The position numbers were made by a program, and so were the translations under genes. DNA of 64,000 nt from Octopus sinensis (taxonomy: Eukaryota). The DNA is taken from assembly GCF_006345805.1 (NCBI RefSeq), contig NC_042999.1, positions 158,410,001 to 158,474,000 on the forward strand. The letters run 5' to 3'. Under the pieces are notes generated by a model. That model did not search any database. It was not told the origin of the DNA and saw nothing but the letters and a program-made list of their open reading frames with translations. Below, in pieces: positions 27,345 through 41,366 of the stretch. Within the stretch, counting starts at the first letter, position 1, and the number at the start of each line of letters is the position of its first letter.

Positions 27345-27721
27345 CTTTACTCTTTACTCTTTTACTTGTTTCAGTCATTTGACTGTGGCCATGCTGGATC
27401 ACCGCCTTTAGTCGAGCAAATCGACCCCAGGAATTATTCTTTGTAAGGCTAGTACCTATTCTATCGGCCTCTTTTGCTGAACCGCATCGGTTGTCAAGCG
27501 ATGTTGGGGGCACAAACACAGACGCACATATACACACATATATAAATATACATATATATGACGGACTTCTTTCAGTTTCCGTCAACCAAATCCACTCAGA
27601 AGGCTTTAGTCGACCCGAGGCTATAGTAGAAGACCGGTGCCCAAGGTGCCACGCAGTGGGACTGAACCAGGAACCATGTGGTTGGTAAACAAGCTACTTA
27701 CCACACAGCCACTCCTACGCC
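27345..27721 (-). mobile_element. SINE family B (internal deletion)
   Basis: Tail TACTCTTTTACTTGTTTCAGTC and head CCACACAGCCACTCCTACGCC. Confidence 0.85.
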
Positions 27722-28759
27722 TATATATAGATTTTTTCTTATAATTTTATATATAATTTTAATTTTCATCTATATATTTCGTTTGTGAATTTATCTTTAT
27801 TCTATAACATTGTAACTCTCTTATTCCCAGGATTTGATTTCCCATCCGTTCTTCATAATATTTATTCCATTATTGTTTCAAAATCTTCCTCTTTAATACG
27901 ATAATTAGTATCGGTAGTATCAGCTTTCACAATTTCTTTCTTCTCCTTATCATCCCTTACCATCACTCACTCCCTTATTACTACCATGTGCTTTGTCTAT
28001 TTGGGAAAATAAATCATGTATATCGTTCCTTCACATATGATAATTCAGTAGGATGGCCTGACATTAATTAACTTTCTCACCACTGACTACTCGCCACTTC
28101 GTTAATATATAAATCCTTAATGTATAAACCTAGACATTTGGAGCCGCTCCCTCCTCTATTGTTAGAAGTATAGATAACTGGGTCACTTGTGCCAATTACT
28201 TCTTCCCCCTAATATAAACTCTAATAACTCATAAATTTTCGTTGTTCTAGCCAATTATACACTATTCTGGTAAATTTTATTCTACCAATTGAATAGTAGG
28301 TAGCAGAGTCAATGTAAATATTTATGCCCCGTTGATGTTTAACTATGTTAAATCAGTCGAATTTTTTAGTTTGAAGTTCATGAATTCATCTGACGAAAAC
28401 GGTTTCTTTGTAATGATGTAATGTTTTCATTAATCAGTTAAAGGGTTTTGGAAACGGCCGTAATAGATTGACATCTGTACCTTTTTCTTACTCGCTTATA
28501 TTTTATTCACTTCTCCTGGAGTCTGCGCTTCGTAAATATTATAGATAGTATTTTTAATATAAAGTACATGTCTGAATAGCTAAGAGAAGTTTTCTACACT
28601 TAGCTGTGTCTAATTATCAGCGTGTCCCGCACTTATGTACTAAGTTTGATATTCACTTAATATTGTTGTGTGTGCATGTTACTCAGATCTGTTAATTTTT
28701 AATACAAAACATAACCTTCCTTACGGCCGTTTCTGCAGCCTATGTCAGTCTGTGCTTAC

Positions 28760-28829
28760 GAAAGAAATTCGAAAATAATATTCACCATTTTCATAGCACA
28801 TTCGATCTAGTTCATGGAACTTCATCAGA
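28760..28829 (-). CDS. candidate internal exon, phase 2-0 (LMKFHELDRMCYENGEYYFRISF)
   Basis: Minus acceptor ttattttatgtatttgtattcag| and donor TTC|gtaagc; 70 bp; only one frame open. Confidence 0.33.
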
Positions 28830-30329
28830 CTGAATACAAATACATAAAATAAAATAAACGAAGGGAAGAGAGAAGAGGAAAGAACAGGGCCTCGAGATGA
28901 GGCCAGAAGACTCAATATATTAGAATCATAACATTTTGCAGTGTGGAGCTTGAAGTCGATAGGCAAAAGAGTGAAGTAGCAAATGAACTAGGGAAATAAT
29001 TTATGGGTTATCGTTTTATATAGGGGTACCAGGGTGTATAAATAGTAGTAAAATAAAACTAGTGCTAAAGTAAAACAGGAATTGCCATTATATCTAGAAA
29101 AAGAATAGTACTTATGATTTTGTAAATAGGGCTAATTAATATTTATCCAAAACCAAACCCGTAGAGATTTTATGATGATATACTTACTGAAAATTTCTAG
29201 ACACCAACCACTAGTTGTCCATAATGGAATTAACCAAAGTCCATCCATTTCTACAATAGGTCAGTTATATTTGAACCAAGGGCAAATTAAGACGAAATAT
29301 TGCATGAGGTGAAGGCTGCTGTCCATAGATCTGCCGTGGATGACGCATCTCCGACTGTACTACTGACGCCAAGCGCCAGTCCCTTGACGAGCTCCTTTTC
29401 CTGGCTCTTTAATGCTATGTTAAGTACAGTTATTGGCCTAAATTTATTATTATCACTTTGTTAGGTTTCTGTCTCAGAAGCATCATCTCTCACCTCTATC
29501 AGAAATAGAAATGCCCTCTGTCTATTACCAGCAGCAGTAGACAGCTGACAAAATAGGAAAGAATAAGTTTGGCACGAAGGCTATCTAATCTCGATAATCT
29601 GAGCTTCACACGGAGGCGCAGCATGTCTAGTATTTCGACAACAGAAATCAGTTTTAGCAGAATCCTGCTCCGCTGCTTGAGACACGCAGCAAACATCGAA
29701 GCCTACCGCATCCACGCCGACGCTAATGGAGAATGATTTGGGGAAGTGTTATTGGAAGACCGTGATCACTTGTTTCAAACAGAAGACACACTCCCGCTGC
29801 GATACGCATTGAACGAATACTATCTTCGTTATTACACTGCTACTCCACCATTGAATGGCTTTCTTGTTTTCGTGTTTCAGCGCATGTGTCAATGCATAAT
29901 TTATGTTTAAGTTAGAACTGGATGAAGGCACCTCTCGATGCATGGACACCGTTTACGAGTCTCATTCAATGAGTTTCTTCTGCATGGCTAATTTCTCCAT
30001 TATCTTGATATTGTTTGTAACTATCTCTTCACTAAATGTAGCTGATGCTATTCTAAGTGTTCTGGTTAACCTGTCCCGCAAATGAATCCTATTAATTTCT
30101 ATCAACAAATTCACTAATCCAGCCTCTGAAATATTTCCACACCTCATTGGACGCATTCAGTGACCTTGTTCGCAGGAGGGGAAGATGTTTACTTTTATAT
30201 AATCTGGTTTACTTTTTTCAGGATCTTTGTTAAGGCTCTAGAAAATGATTTTGTCTAAAATATTTTTATAGTTCTCCGAGATTTCTCCTATTTTTCTTAC
30301 CAGATGCTTGAGGTATTATATAAGGAGAA

Positions 30330-31450
30330 AACCGTTACAAAAGTTTCACTGTAGGGATGCAAAAAATATCTATTACAAAATCATGGAAAATTAATATAAA
30401 CAGCTAAGAAGCATGAAATGGACAAAAACCATTTTCTGTCTTCAAGGAAGTCAAAACTTTTAAAACAGAATGCAATAACAAATGGTTGTAGAGAAAATAC
30501 AGAAAAAAAAACAGAAATCAGGAAAGAGCTAAAAACTGAACAGAAAATGGGTTTACAGAATGCCATGATAAAATACTGCTAAGAAAAGCCTCTACGTATC
30601 CAAGTGAAACAGATCAACCATACTAGATGAGAAGCGCTGAACTCAAAGCAGGGACAGAATGCATCTTGATTGCGGCATAGGGCTTAATCAGGAACCACGA
30701 AAAGCATGTAATGAAGCTGAATATGGTAAATAGCTGCATAAAATGTAGAGACGGATGAGAAACAATTAACAAGAACATCTCGGGCTACACAGATATAATG
30801 TGGATAAATACATCCATAGACAAGATAAGTGAACTATATCTTATCTCGGTGTGCACACAACGTTTGACGTTTTGCTTTGCCGCGTTGTTTTAATATGATC
30901 AAGACCTGCATATCCAAGCAGTTGCAACTCGACCACATGTTACTTTTCTCAAATTCAGCACCCACTCTTTGACTACACTCTGTCCAACAGAAACGCCGAT
31001 ACATATTGAAACAAGAATGTAGCAAAACTGTTGTACATACACTTAACCATTAAATTTCGGCAACTTCAAGAAAAATCCCTGTAGTTCTGATACCGATTCT
31101 TCTGTTAGAAAATGGCTGATGATATGAATATACTGCTGAACTACAGCGTACAAATAGCCTATCAGATAAAACTTAATGACTACGACGTAATTCTCTTGGT
31201 GAAAATTGACAGCAAACAAAATTGCAACTCAGCAATACCAAATGATAACAATGTTGCACAGACACAAGCTGATATGCATCGGGATTATTCCCTCGTTTCT
31301 GTTTGATTAAAAATATTATGGCAATCAAAAATACATCTATCATTGCAGTAACGGACATCATTGTAAAGTGGCTAATAAAGGTGATACAAGGAGTTTTCAG
31401 AAATAAGCAATGCTCGGATCAGGAAGTATTTTAAAAGCATTTCCCTTCAG
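30330..31450 (+). mobile_element. highly decayed R4/Dong-type LINE 3' region
   Basis: Fragments AELKAGTECILIAA, KCR...ETINKNISG..YIHRQDK and IAMLGSGSILKAF resemble the post-RT/CCHC/REL region; many stops. Confidence 0.5.
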
Positions 31451-31885
31451 GATTTGTAAACATTCTTGTCAACTATGGACATTTTTACCTTCATTTCAAG
31501 CAATTATAAAAAATTTTCAAAGATGTTACTAATTCTGATGCTCCTAAAATATTAATAAGTTTCTGAAACCTTAAACAACAAAAACAGCATCAGTAAAAAC
31601 TATAGTGATTCTTTCTCATTTAGGCACAAGGCCCTACACCAGTACTTCACTGATACGTTGCTTTAGGAACTTCGAAAAATATGAGCGGCAAAGTCGTTCC
31701 TCTGTGGGAACGTAAAAAGTCGGAAGAAATGCGACTTGGCATTTTGTCCGAAGTGATAGCGATTCTTTCAGCTCGCCGCCTTATCGTCAATAGCAGCAGT
31801 AGCAGTAGCCACAACAACAACAGCAAGGACAACAATAACAGCGGCAGTAGCAGCAGCAACAACAAAAACAATAACAATATAAATG

Positions 31886-31939
<54 letters not shown>

Positions 31940-32184
31940 GGTTGTCCTCAATGAGGAGAGTAGACGTGATACTAATAGTAATTGGCGCACTTGGAAGTAT
32001 CAGCACTCATCTACCAATATGGCTGAAAAAGACTGATACAAAAATTAGTATTGCGTGACACGGCAACAGTTCGTCTGTAAGGGTTCTAAATGCATGACCA
32101 GTAGACAAGTGTCACCTTAGTCTACTGGCTGTGGACAACTGACACATTCCATCATACCCAGCAAAATAAGCTGTTTTTCATCAC

Positions 32185-32185
<1 letters not shown>
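31940..32185 (+). mobile_element. R4/Dong-type LINE 3' end between (AAT)n and (TAC)n
   Basis: VILIVIGALGSIS motif (REL C-terminus) plus 3' UTR. Confidence 0.65.
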
Positions 32186-32250
<65 letters not shown>

Positions 32251-32262
32251 ATGATAATAATA

Positions 32263-33065
32263 GTCAGACATGGCTACAGCCGCAGAAAGGAAAGCTGAAG
32301 TGGAAGACAGAAAGTTTGTAAGTAGCTCCACAAGATCAAGCATTGAGGACTAATTGGATAAAAGCCGAAAGAGACAAAAACCAAGTGGATTCCCAGTGTA
32401 GATTGTGCAAATCAAATGAGGAAAGAGCTATTCCTATAGTAAGTGAATGTACCATGCTGTTCCAGAAGGAATACCAGAAAAGACACATGACAATCTAGGG
32501 AGAGCAATCCACAAGGAGCTTTGTAGAAAGCTAGGATTTAAACATACCGATAAATGGTAGGAACATGAATCTAGTAAAGTAATAAAAAGTAAGAAATACA
32601 CGACGTTTTGGGACTTTAACATTCAGACTGACAGAGTAATAGAAGCTAGAAGGTCTGATCTGGTAGTAGTAGATAAAGAGAATAGAAAGTGCCAGATATA
32701 TAACTTCACTGCCCCAAATGATGAAGAAATTAATATGAGAAGTATAGAAAAAATAGAAAAGAACCAGGACTTAGCTATTGATAAACAGAGACTATAGAAA
32801 GTGCGGGTAAAATGTAACCCAGTAGCTATAAGTGCATTGGGAAATATCCCTTAAGATCAGAACAGACGGATAGGGAATAGGTATGAAAACCAGTTTAGCA
32901 CAGCTACAGAAAACAGTGTTATCAGGGAGGATACTTAGGAAGGTTCATGGCACCTAAGGTTATTTGCTGTAACCCAATAGGAGAGTTCTTCACATCTAAG
33001 GCTATTTGCTGTAGCTCGATATTAGGATTCTTTTCTTTTTCCAGCAGTCTAATCTGTTGAGTGTA
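32263..33065 (+). mobile_element. R4/Dong-type LINE 3' fragment (subfamily 1)
   Basis: CRLC..E...IVSEC...RHDNL, WDFNIQTDRVIEARRSD, DEEI..RSIEKIEK; the 3' UTR ...CTAATCTGTTGAGTGTAT runs into (AAT)n. Homologous to 36760-37556. Confidence 0.85.
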
Positions 33066-33139
33066 TAATAATGATGATGATAATAACAATAATAATAATA
33101 ATGATAATAATAATAATGATGATAATAATAATAATAATG

Positions 33140-33232
<93 letters not shown>

Positions 33233-33804
33233 TAATAATAATAATAATAATAATAACAGAACCCATAAAAAAACAAGCAAAAGAACGGCGGACGGATAAT
33301 CATAAATACTATAAAATAGTTTATTTAGGAGTTACACACACGCACACTACTATGGAACGACCCACCAAAATCAGAAAAGAATAAACTCATACTGTAAATA
33401 CCCAAGAAAATAAACAAGATCCACAACATGTGCCATACAAGGCCGATACCTGACAAAAGAACACAACCTGCGCTACACAAACTACATACAAGATAATATC
33501 TAATACGACTGAAGACTCAAATAAAACCGCATAATAAAACGTACTAACGCAATACAATATACTTCCCACCAAATCAAAATGCAGCACACATCATCCTACC
33601 AGCAATAAATGATGCAATAGAAAGTTGCTTGAAACTTTCAGATGCTGAGAAATAATAGTGTTGATGACGATGGTGACGAACGTTACCCTATCTCAGTTTA
33701 TGAAAGACAGGAGTTTCCGAAAAGACTCTGGTTGTAACAGCGAAAATGAAGCTGGACCTTTAAGGGAAGGCGGTGAGCTGGCAGAAACGCTAGCACGCCG
33801 ATAG

Positions 33805-36800
33805 CTTATTAAAGGTGCAGACTGATCACAGCAGTTATCCCAATACAGCATCAGCAGATAATAGAGCAAGGAGGTGGCAGTGGACCAGCGACGACAACAG
33901 GATAGTGATACAGTGGTACTTAGAAAGTGAACGTAAAAGAAGGGGCTATAGAAATCGGATGTTAACACTTTGGGTAGAGAAGGGTATGTTGAAAGTAACT
34001 GAGCAGAGGTTTGTTGATCAAGGTAATGCTATTAGGAGAAGAAAGTGGATGACAGAATTGGAGGAAGAAGAGATCAGAAGAGAACTGGAAATGAAGAGCA
34101 GGCAGTGAGAAAGACAAACAACAATATAAGAGATACATCTCAAACCAACGAAAAACCTAAACAACAAAATAATAGTAGTGCTACCAATAAGGAAGGGACA
34201 ACTAGCACCAACAACTTAAGTGATTTAAGTGAGGAAGATCAGAAGATTTTAGATTATTTGTAGGAAGTAATGAGTAAAGAAGTAAGAAAAAGACATCAAC
34301 AGAAGGAAGCTATAAGAAATTACTAGAACAGTAGATTCAGTTATCAGGAGGATAGATACTAAAAATATAGAAGACACTAAAGTATTGAGCTATGCAGGAA
34401 GGGTTGTAGTCACCAGAAGATTAGATGCCTCACAGGGAAAGATTAAAAAAGAGCAAATGTGGAAAAGGAGACACCAAAATAAAGTGAAGCATTGAAGACA
34501 AGATTTGAGTAGAATAGAAAGCTGGAAACTGAAAAAGATAGGAAACAAAATTCAAATCTTCCCTCGAGAAAAGATATTTAGTCAAAGAGAAAGGATTTGG
34601 GTAGAGTAATAGATGAGTTGAAACAACGTATCATAGCAGTGACAGGCAAGCTCTCCAGATATCAGAAAAGAATAGATCAGTATTAACGGAATAGATTATT
34701 TGAGACAGATCAGTGGAGATTTTAGCACCAAATTTATAGTGGAGAACGAAGTACTGAAGATGAGAAACCTAATGCAGAAGAAGCTAAAAAGTTCTGGAGT
34801 AATATTTAATGAAATATGGTTAAAGAATGTGAGGGAAGAAGTAGTGAGTGAGAAGCCGCCAGATCTAAGATCAACTAGTGCATTGATAAGTAAAGGGTTA
34901 CGAAAAATGCCGAATTGTAAGGGCCTAACACCAGATTTAGTTCAAGGGTACTGGTTAAAGAAATTCAGTAGTTTACATGGGAGGCTGCGGGAACAACTCC
35001 ATGATTGCCTTAATGGAAGAATAATACTAGATTGGATGACTAGAGGGAGGTTAATACTCATTATGAAGGATAAGAGGACGGGTAGTATTGCTAGCAACTA
35101 TAGACCAATTACTTGCTTAACATTAGTGTGCAGAGCTGTTAACAGGAATACTACCAGAAATCATTTACAAGCACCTTGACAACCAGAATTTACTAAAAGA
35201 AGAATAGAAAGGTATCAGGAAGAAGACTAGAGGAACGTATGATCCATTATATATAGGCAGAGCAGTTCTAAATGAAGTAAAGGCTAGAAAGAAAAATATA
35301 CCAATATCATGGATAGATTATAGAAAAGCCTATGACATGATACCACACTCATGGATAAGTGAATATTTGAACATGATCAGTATTGCAGACAACATAAGAG
35401 AATTAATTAGCTTTAACTTGAAGAAATGGTAAGTAGAACTATACTCAGGTGACACAGCCTTACAGAAAGTTAATATCAAAATTGGAATTTTCCTCGTTGT
35501 CCTCTTTAATATTTGTTCTATGATTATGACACAAAGTTTAATATTAAGGAGGGCAAAGGCGAGGTATCAGTTCAGAAATAGTAATGGAAAAAATTAATCA
35601 TTTGCTCTATATGGATGATTTGAAACTTTTAGTAAGAATGAAATAGAGATAAATTCCTTAATACAGGCTGTAAGACACTTCATTGTGGATGCGCAATGGC
35701 CCAGTGGTTAGGGCAGACGACTCGCGGTCATAGGATCGCGATTTCGATTCCCAGACCGCGCGTTGTAAGTGTTTATTGAGCGAAAACACCTAAAGCTCCA
35801 CGAGGCTCCGGCAGGGGATGGTGGTGATCCCTGCTGTACTCTTTCACCACAACTTTCTCTCAATCTTACTTCCTGTTTCTGTTGTACCTGTATTTCAAAG
35901 GGCCGGCCTTGTCACTCTCTGTGTCACGCTGAATATCCCCGAGAACTACGTTAAGGGTACACGTGTCTGTGGAGTGCTCAGCCACTTACACGTTAATTTC
36001 ACGAGCAGGCTGTTCCGTTGATTCGGATCAACCGGAACCCTCGTCGTCGTAACCGACGGAGTGCTTCCAAGACACTTCCAAGACACTTCCAAGACACTTC
36101 AAAGATATAGTCATGGAATTTGGCGTAGATAAATGTGCAATATTAGGTTAAGGTAGTCAACAGCGAAGGCGTTCTAATTACCAGGCAGCGAGACATTAAA
36201 ATCATTGAAAGGAAGAGAAAGTTATAAGTATCTAGGAGTAATAGAATCTGACAGAGTACTAACTATAGAAACGAAAATGAAAATTAAGTAGTTCATCGAA
36301 AGTATGAGGAAGCTAATGAAGTCAAAGCTAAATGGTTCGAATCTAGTGAAGGCTGTAAATACTTGGACAGTATCATTACTTAGATACTGAGCAGTTTTTG
36401 TAGGTTGGACAAAAACTGAATTAGCAAAACCTGACAAAAATAAAACTAGGAAAGAATCCAATATGAATGGAGGACTCCACAGAAGGGCAGGAATAGCAAG
36501 ACTATACGTACCCAGAAAGGAAGTTGGAAGAGGGTTAATATCAGTAGAAGACTTCGTCGAGTTAGCTAGAGTAGATATAGACTCCTATATAGGTAATAGT
36601 GAAGAAAGTTTATTAAAAGCTGCTAGAGTCACAGCAAGACATAGGGAAACCAAACGAAGTTTGAAACTCGAAAAAGAACAGAAATGATTTAACTGGCAGG
36701 AGAATGCGCTGGTAGATGCTCAAAGATAGTTTCAGTAACTAGTAGTAGGGAGACATGGTTATGGCGCCAGAAAGGAAAGCTGAAGAGGATGGCAGAAAGT

Positions 36801-37555
36801 TTATTAGTAGCTACATAAGATCAAGCATTAAGGACTAATTGGATAAAAGCAAAGATAATCAAAACCAAGTAGATTCCCAGGGTAGATTATGCAGAGCAAA
36901 AGAGGAAAGCGTTACTCATATAGTAAGTGAATGTAGCATGCCGGCACAGAAAGAATACAAGAAAAGACATGACAACCTAAGGGGAGCAATCCATTGGGAA
37001 TTATGTAGAAAGCTAGGATTTGAACATACTGATAAATGGTATGAACATGAACCCAGTAAAATTCTAAGAAGTAAGAAATACAAAACCTTGTAGGATTTTA
37101 ACATTCAAACTGACAGAGTAATAGAAGCTAGAACGCCTGATTTTGCAGTAGTAGATAAAGAGAATAGAAAGTGCCAGATATCTGACTTCACTGTCCCAAA
37201 TGATGAAGAAATTAATATGAGAAATATAGAAAACAATAGCAAAGCACCAGCATATAGCTATTGATAAACAGAGACTGTGGAAAGTGCGGATAAAATGTAT
37301 TCCACTAGTTATAGGTACATTGGGAACTATCCCTATAAATCTGAACAGATGGATAGAAGAAATAGGAATAAAACCCAGTTTAGTACAGCTGCAGAAAACA
37401 GTGTTATTAGGGACAGCTAGGATACTTAGGAGGATTCTTGGTATCTTAGGTTAATTGCTGTAACCAGATAGGAGAGTCCTTGACATATTAGGCAACTTGT
37501 AGCCCGAGGTTAGGATTCTTTTTCTCTTCCAACAGTGTAATCTGTTGAGTGTATA

Positions 37556-37556
<1 letters not shown>
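33805..37556 (+). mobile_element. near-full-length R4/Dong-clade non-LTR retrotransposon (RT, CCHC and restriction-like endonuclease), decayed
   Basis: N-terminal WT.DDNRIVI.WYLES...RGYRNRM..W...VTEQRFVDQ; RT motifs PDLVQGYWLKK, SNYRPITCL, WIDYRKAYDMIPH, HLLYMDDLK, MEFGVDKC; CR...ESVTHIVSEC..RHD; QTDRVIEAR.PD. 3' end joins (AAT)n. Multiple stops and frameshifts. Confidence 0.9.
35687..36068 (+). mobile_element. SINE family A inserted in the R4/Dong RT
   Basis: Full-length copy; target AAGACACTTCA at 35672-35682, repeated three times at 36069-36101. Confidence 0.92.
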
Positions 37557-37633
<77 letters not shown>

Positions 37634-37671
37634 TAATAATAATAAGAAGAAGAAGAAGAAAAAAGAAAAAA

Positions 37672-38046
37672 AATGCTTTCTAATTGATGTATCAATACCG
37701 GCAGATGGCAACGTGTCTCTAAAAGAAATGGAGAAACTTTCAAAATACAAAGACCTGGAAATAGAGGTAACCAGAGTGTGGAATCTAAAAGCAGAAACAA
37801 TTCCTATCATAGTAGGTGCATTAGGTATGATAAAAAAATATTCAGACAAATACATAACAAAAACACCAGGACTTACAAACACATATAACATACAGAAAAT
37901 TGCACTACTAGGCACTGCACACATCCTACGCAGAACACTTTTAGTATAGTAACCATCAGAGCATCACAACAAATCACAGCACATACCCAAGGCACACAGA
38001 GCTGCGCTCGGTAGTGAAGTGAAAGCACACTATAAAAATAAAACTA

Positions 38047-38049
<3 letters not shown>
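37672..38049 (+). mobile_element. R4/Dong-type LINE 3' fragment (subfamily 2), little decayed
   Basis: Open REL C-terminus FLIDVSIPADGNVSLKEMEKLSKYKDL...IIVGALG...QKIALLGTAHILRR; (AAT)n-type arrays on both sides. Confidence 0.88.
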
Positions 38050-38123
<74 letters not shown>

Positions 38124-38204
38124 TAACAACAACAAGAATAATAATGATAGCAACCGCAACAACATCAACAACAGCAATAATAATAATTATTGTTATTTCA
38201 AATT

Positions 38205-38392
38205 GTTGCCACAAGGGGAGGTTTGAGTCGATTACATGGATCCTAGTATTCAGCTGGTACTTGTTTCATAAACCCACAAGAAGATGAAAGGCAAATTCAA
38301 CCGCGTCGGAATTTGAACGGAAATCGTAAAGACGGATAAATATCTCTAAACGTTTTGCCTGGCGTGCTAACGATTCTGCCAGCTCGCCGCCT
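38205..38392 (-). mobile_element. SINE family C, degenerate
   Basis: GATGAAAGGCAAA core and CTGCCAGCTCGCCGCCTT head. Confidence 0.75.
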
Positions 38393-38445
38393 TGATAATG
38401 AAGATGATGATGATGATGATGATGATGATGATAATAATAATAATG

Positions 38446-38496
<51 letters not shown>

Positions 38497-38914
38497 TTAA
38501 TAAAAATAAAGATAATAATAATAAGAAGAAGAAGAAAAAGAAGAATCATAGCAACAACAGTAACAACAACAGCAGCAACAACAACAACAACAACAACAAC
38601 AATAATAATAATAATAATAATAGAAGCAAAATAAAGAAGAGTGCCATTGTTATCAATTGAACGATATTTCGGCATTTAGCTTGCCTTCCACAGGTTCAAA
38701 AAATAAACTTCTCAATCTATTTCACTTTTGGTAATATTTTATAGAATTGAGGTAACTCCACCCGTAGGTATACAGAAGCAAAAAAAAAAAAAAGAAGGGT
38801 TCCATTGTTATCAAGTGAACGATATTTTGGCATCTGTATACATACTGGAGGAGTTACCTCAATCCTATAAAACATTACCAAAAATGAAGTGGATTGACAA
38901 GTTTATTTTTTTAA

Positions 38915-39641
38915 CCTTTGGAAGGCAAGCTAAATGCCGAAATATCGCTTAAACTACACAAAATACTGAATAGACAACACATCAGTTGTAAGTGTAGAAT
39001 CTGTAGACAAAATAGTGAAACCGTATGGCATAATACCAGCCAATGTAGGCCACTAGCCCAGGAGGAATATAAAATACGACACGACAATATAGCCAGCTTG
39101 TCCATTGGACGCTTTGCAACAAGTATGGTCTTGACAGAGAAAAAAATTGGTACGACCAAAAACACGAAGGCATCATCGAAAATGATAATGCAAAGATCCA
39201 GTGGGATTTTATGATTCAGTGCGACCATGAGATAGAAAATAAGAAGCCAGACATAGTCTTAATTGAGAAAGAAAGTAAACCATGCTGCAGTGCTGGATTA
39301 TAGATATAGCATGACCAGCTGACAACAAGGTATGTGATAAGGAAGAAAGAAATGTCCACGGGTATGACACGTTAGCTTGGGAGGTAAAGCAGTTGTCGAT
39401 GAAAAAGGTGGTAGTGGTACCAATAATTATCTGAGCCCTGGGAACAGTGAATAAAAATCTAGAGAAGCACACGGAACAAATAGGGGCTGCAATAAGAGTG
39501 GAGCACTTGCAGAAAACAGCACTGCTTGGAACCGCTCGAATACTCCGGAAGGTGCTGGAAAAATTAGGTGTTAACTTAGTTCACTGGTAGTGATCAGCTG
39601 ACACCGTAGTACATCTCCAGCGTTAGAAGCTGTGCAAAGGC
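38915..39641 (+). mobile_element. R4/Dong-type LINE 3' fragment (subfamily 3)
   Basis: CKCRICRQNSETVWH...EYKIRHDNIA, QWDFMIQCDHEIENKKPDIVL, LQKTALLGTARILRKVL; the 3' UTR ends in (ATG)n(AAT)n. Confidence 0.88.
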
Positions 39642-39642
39642 A

Positions 39643-39723
<81 letters not shown>

Positions 39724-39745
39724 TTAATGATAATAATAATAATAA

Positions 39746-40273
39746 ATGCTCTGGTTAAGTACCAGACAGTGGCTCTCATGGCATTTGATCTAAACTGAAT
39801 GGACGTGTTATGTACATTGTTTTGTCTTGGTATAAAAGATGGGCTACAGCAAATATTATGCTCAATACCACAGATTTGACCTTAACCAGTTGAGCATGTC
39901 CCTTAGTGGCTGACGATATGTGCATATCTGATCATGAGCAGAAGTAGTGGGGTAGCATCAATGTGTAGAGAGGAATTATTTGGGGTTTCGATGATTCGCC
40001 TTTGGAAACATGTGTGTTTCGTTCAACATCCTTAAACAACCCTTATTCAGAGACCTTTTGAGTGGCATGGGCTACTCAACCCGAAAACAATTCTACCTGG
40101 GCCCCACCTGCAAGGTCATGCGCTGTTTATTTTATAGGAGATCATCATGTTGTGCACATATGATTGTGATGCATATGCCTGGTGTACCCTTATCAGACGG
40201 GTAGTCATCTTGGGTATACTGGGTTTCGTATATTTTACCCCAGTGTCACTTTGATGGCATGCACTGCTCTTTC

Positions 40274-40274
<1 letters not shown>
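39746..40274 (+). mobile_element. ~550 bp non-coding repeat in (AAT)n, copy 1
   Basis: Homologous end to end with 43548-44097 (reverse) and 48898-49460; (AAT)n on both sides. Confidence 0.85.
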
Positions 40275-40319
<45 letters not shown>

Positions 40320-40665
40320 GATGATGATAATTATAACATAAATAATAACAATCGTATTATAATTCTGCTTGCTCCTTCCTTAGTTACTTATTTCCTCTGT
40401 ACATTACGCTCTTCATATAATATATAGAGAGACGTGTGTTCTACTTGAGAGAGAAAGAATCAGAGTGAGAGTGAGAAGGAGAAAGAGAGAGTGATGATAG
40501 AAAGTGAGTGCGTGTGTCTGTGAGACGGAAGACAAGTAGATAGATGAATACATCATCACATAGTAAAATCAAAGAAAAATAACCACAGTAAATTTTCGAT
40601 GTTACTTTTGCTTTTCGATACAGAGGATGAACAGAGAGGTAGTGGGAGAGAAAGAATCATATATA

Positions 40666-40709
<44 letters not shown>

Positions 40710-40751
40710 GTATATATATATACATATATATATATACATACATACATATAT

Positions 40752-40845
<94 letters not shown>

Positions 40846-41366
40846 CTATACATACATATATAGATATGTGTAAACTGTAAATCGGGTATGGGGTTTTTAT
40901 CTATATATCTAATGAAATGAATTTTGAAAGTGAAACCAAATGTTATTCAAGCGTAATCTGCTTCGGACAAATCTATCTAATGAAATAAATAAATAAATCA
41001 AATTTTGAAATTCAAATAAAATGTTACTCAAAATGTGGAGTGGACTTTTTTTTTATCGAGGGTGCGAATCCAGAAACAACGTGCGATTGTCATGGTAAAA
41101 TGCTGTTAATACCTTGCTGTTTGTTGATGGGATAAAAATTCCTCAATTTTTCAAGCTATAATTCCAAATAATATCAGTTTCTTAATTTACGAGATAACAT
41201 AATTATTTGAGAATAATCAAAATTCAGAATTGCATCGATACACGAAAATTGAAAACAATTTGAGCAAAATTAAAGCTGGCTGATTTTGTGAGTGAAACAG
41301 AAGACCCGAATTGCATAAAACAGCCCATTTCTATCAATTTTTTTCATGTTTTGTTTACATATCATA

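Larger units (their letters stand above)
25801..28500. repeat. large fold-back (inverted repeat) structure, arms ~25801-26960 and ~27725-28500
   Basis: Arms align as reverse complements for ~750-800 bp once the SINE pair at 26362-26742 is removed; moderately diverged. Confidence 0.85.

Noticed and set aside
28805-28830. Minus-strand CTGATGA-AGTTC-CAT-GAACT hairpin
   Set aside because: No GAAA or stem III follows, so it is not a hammerhead.
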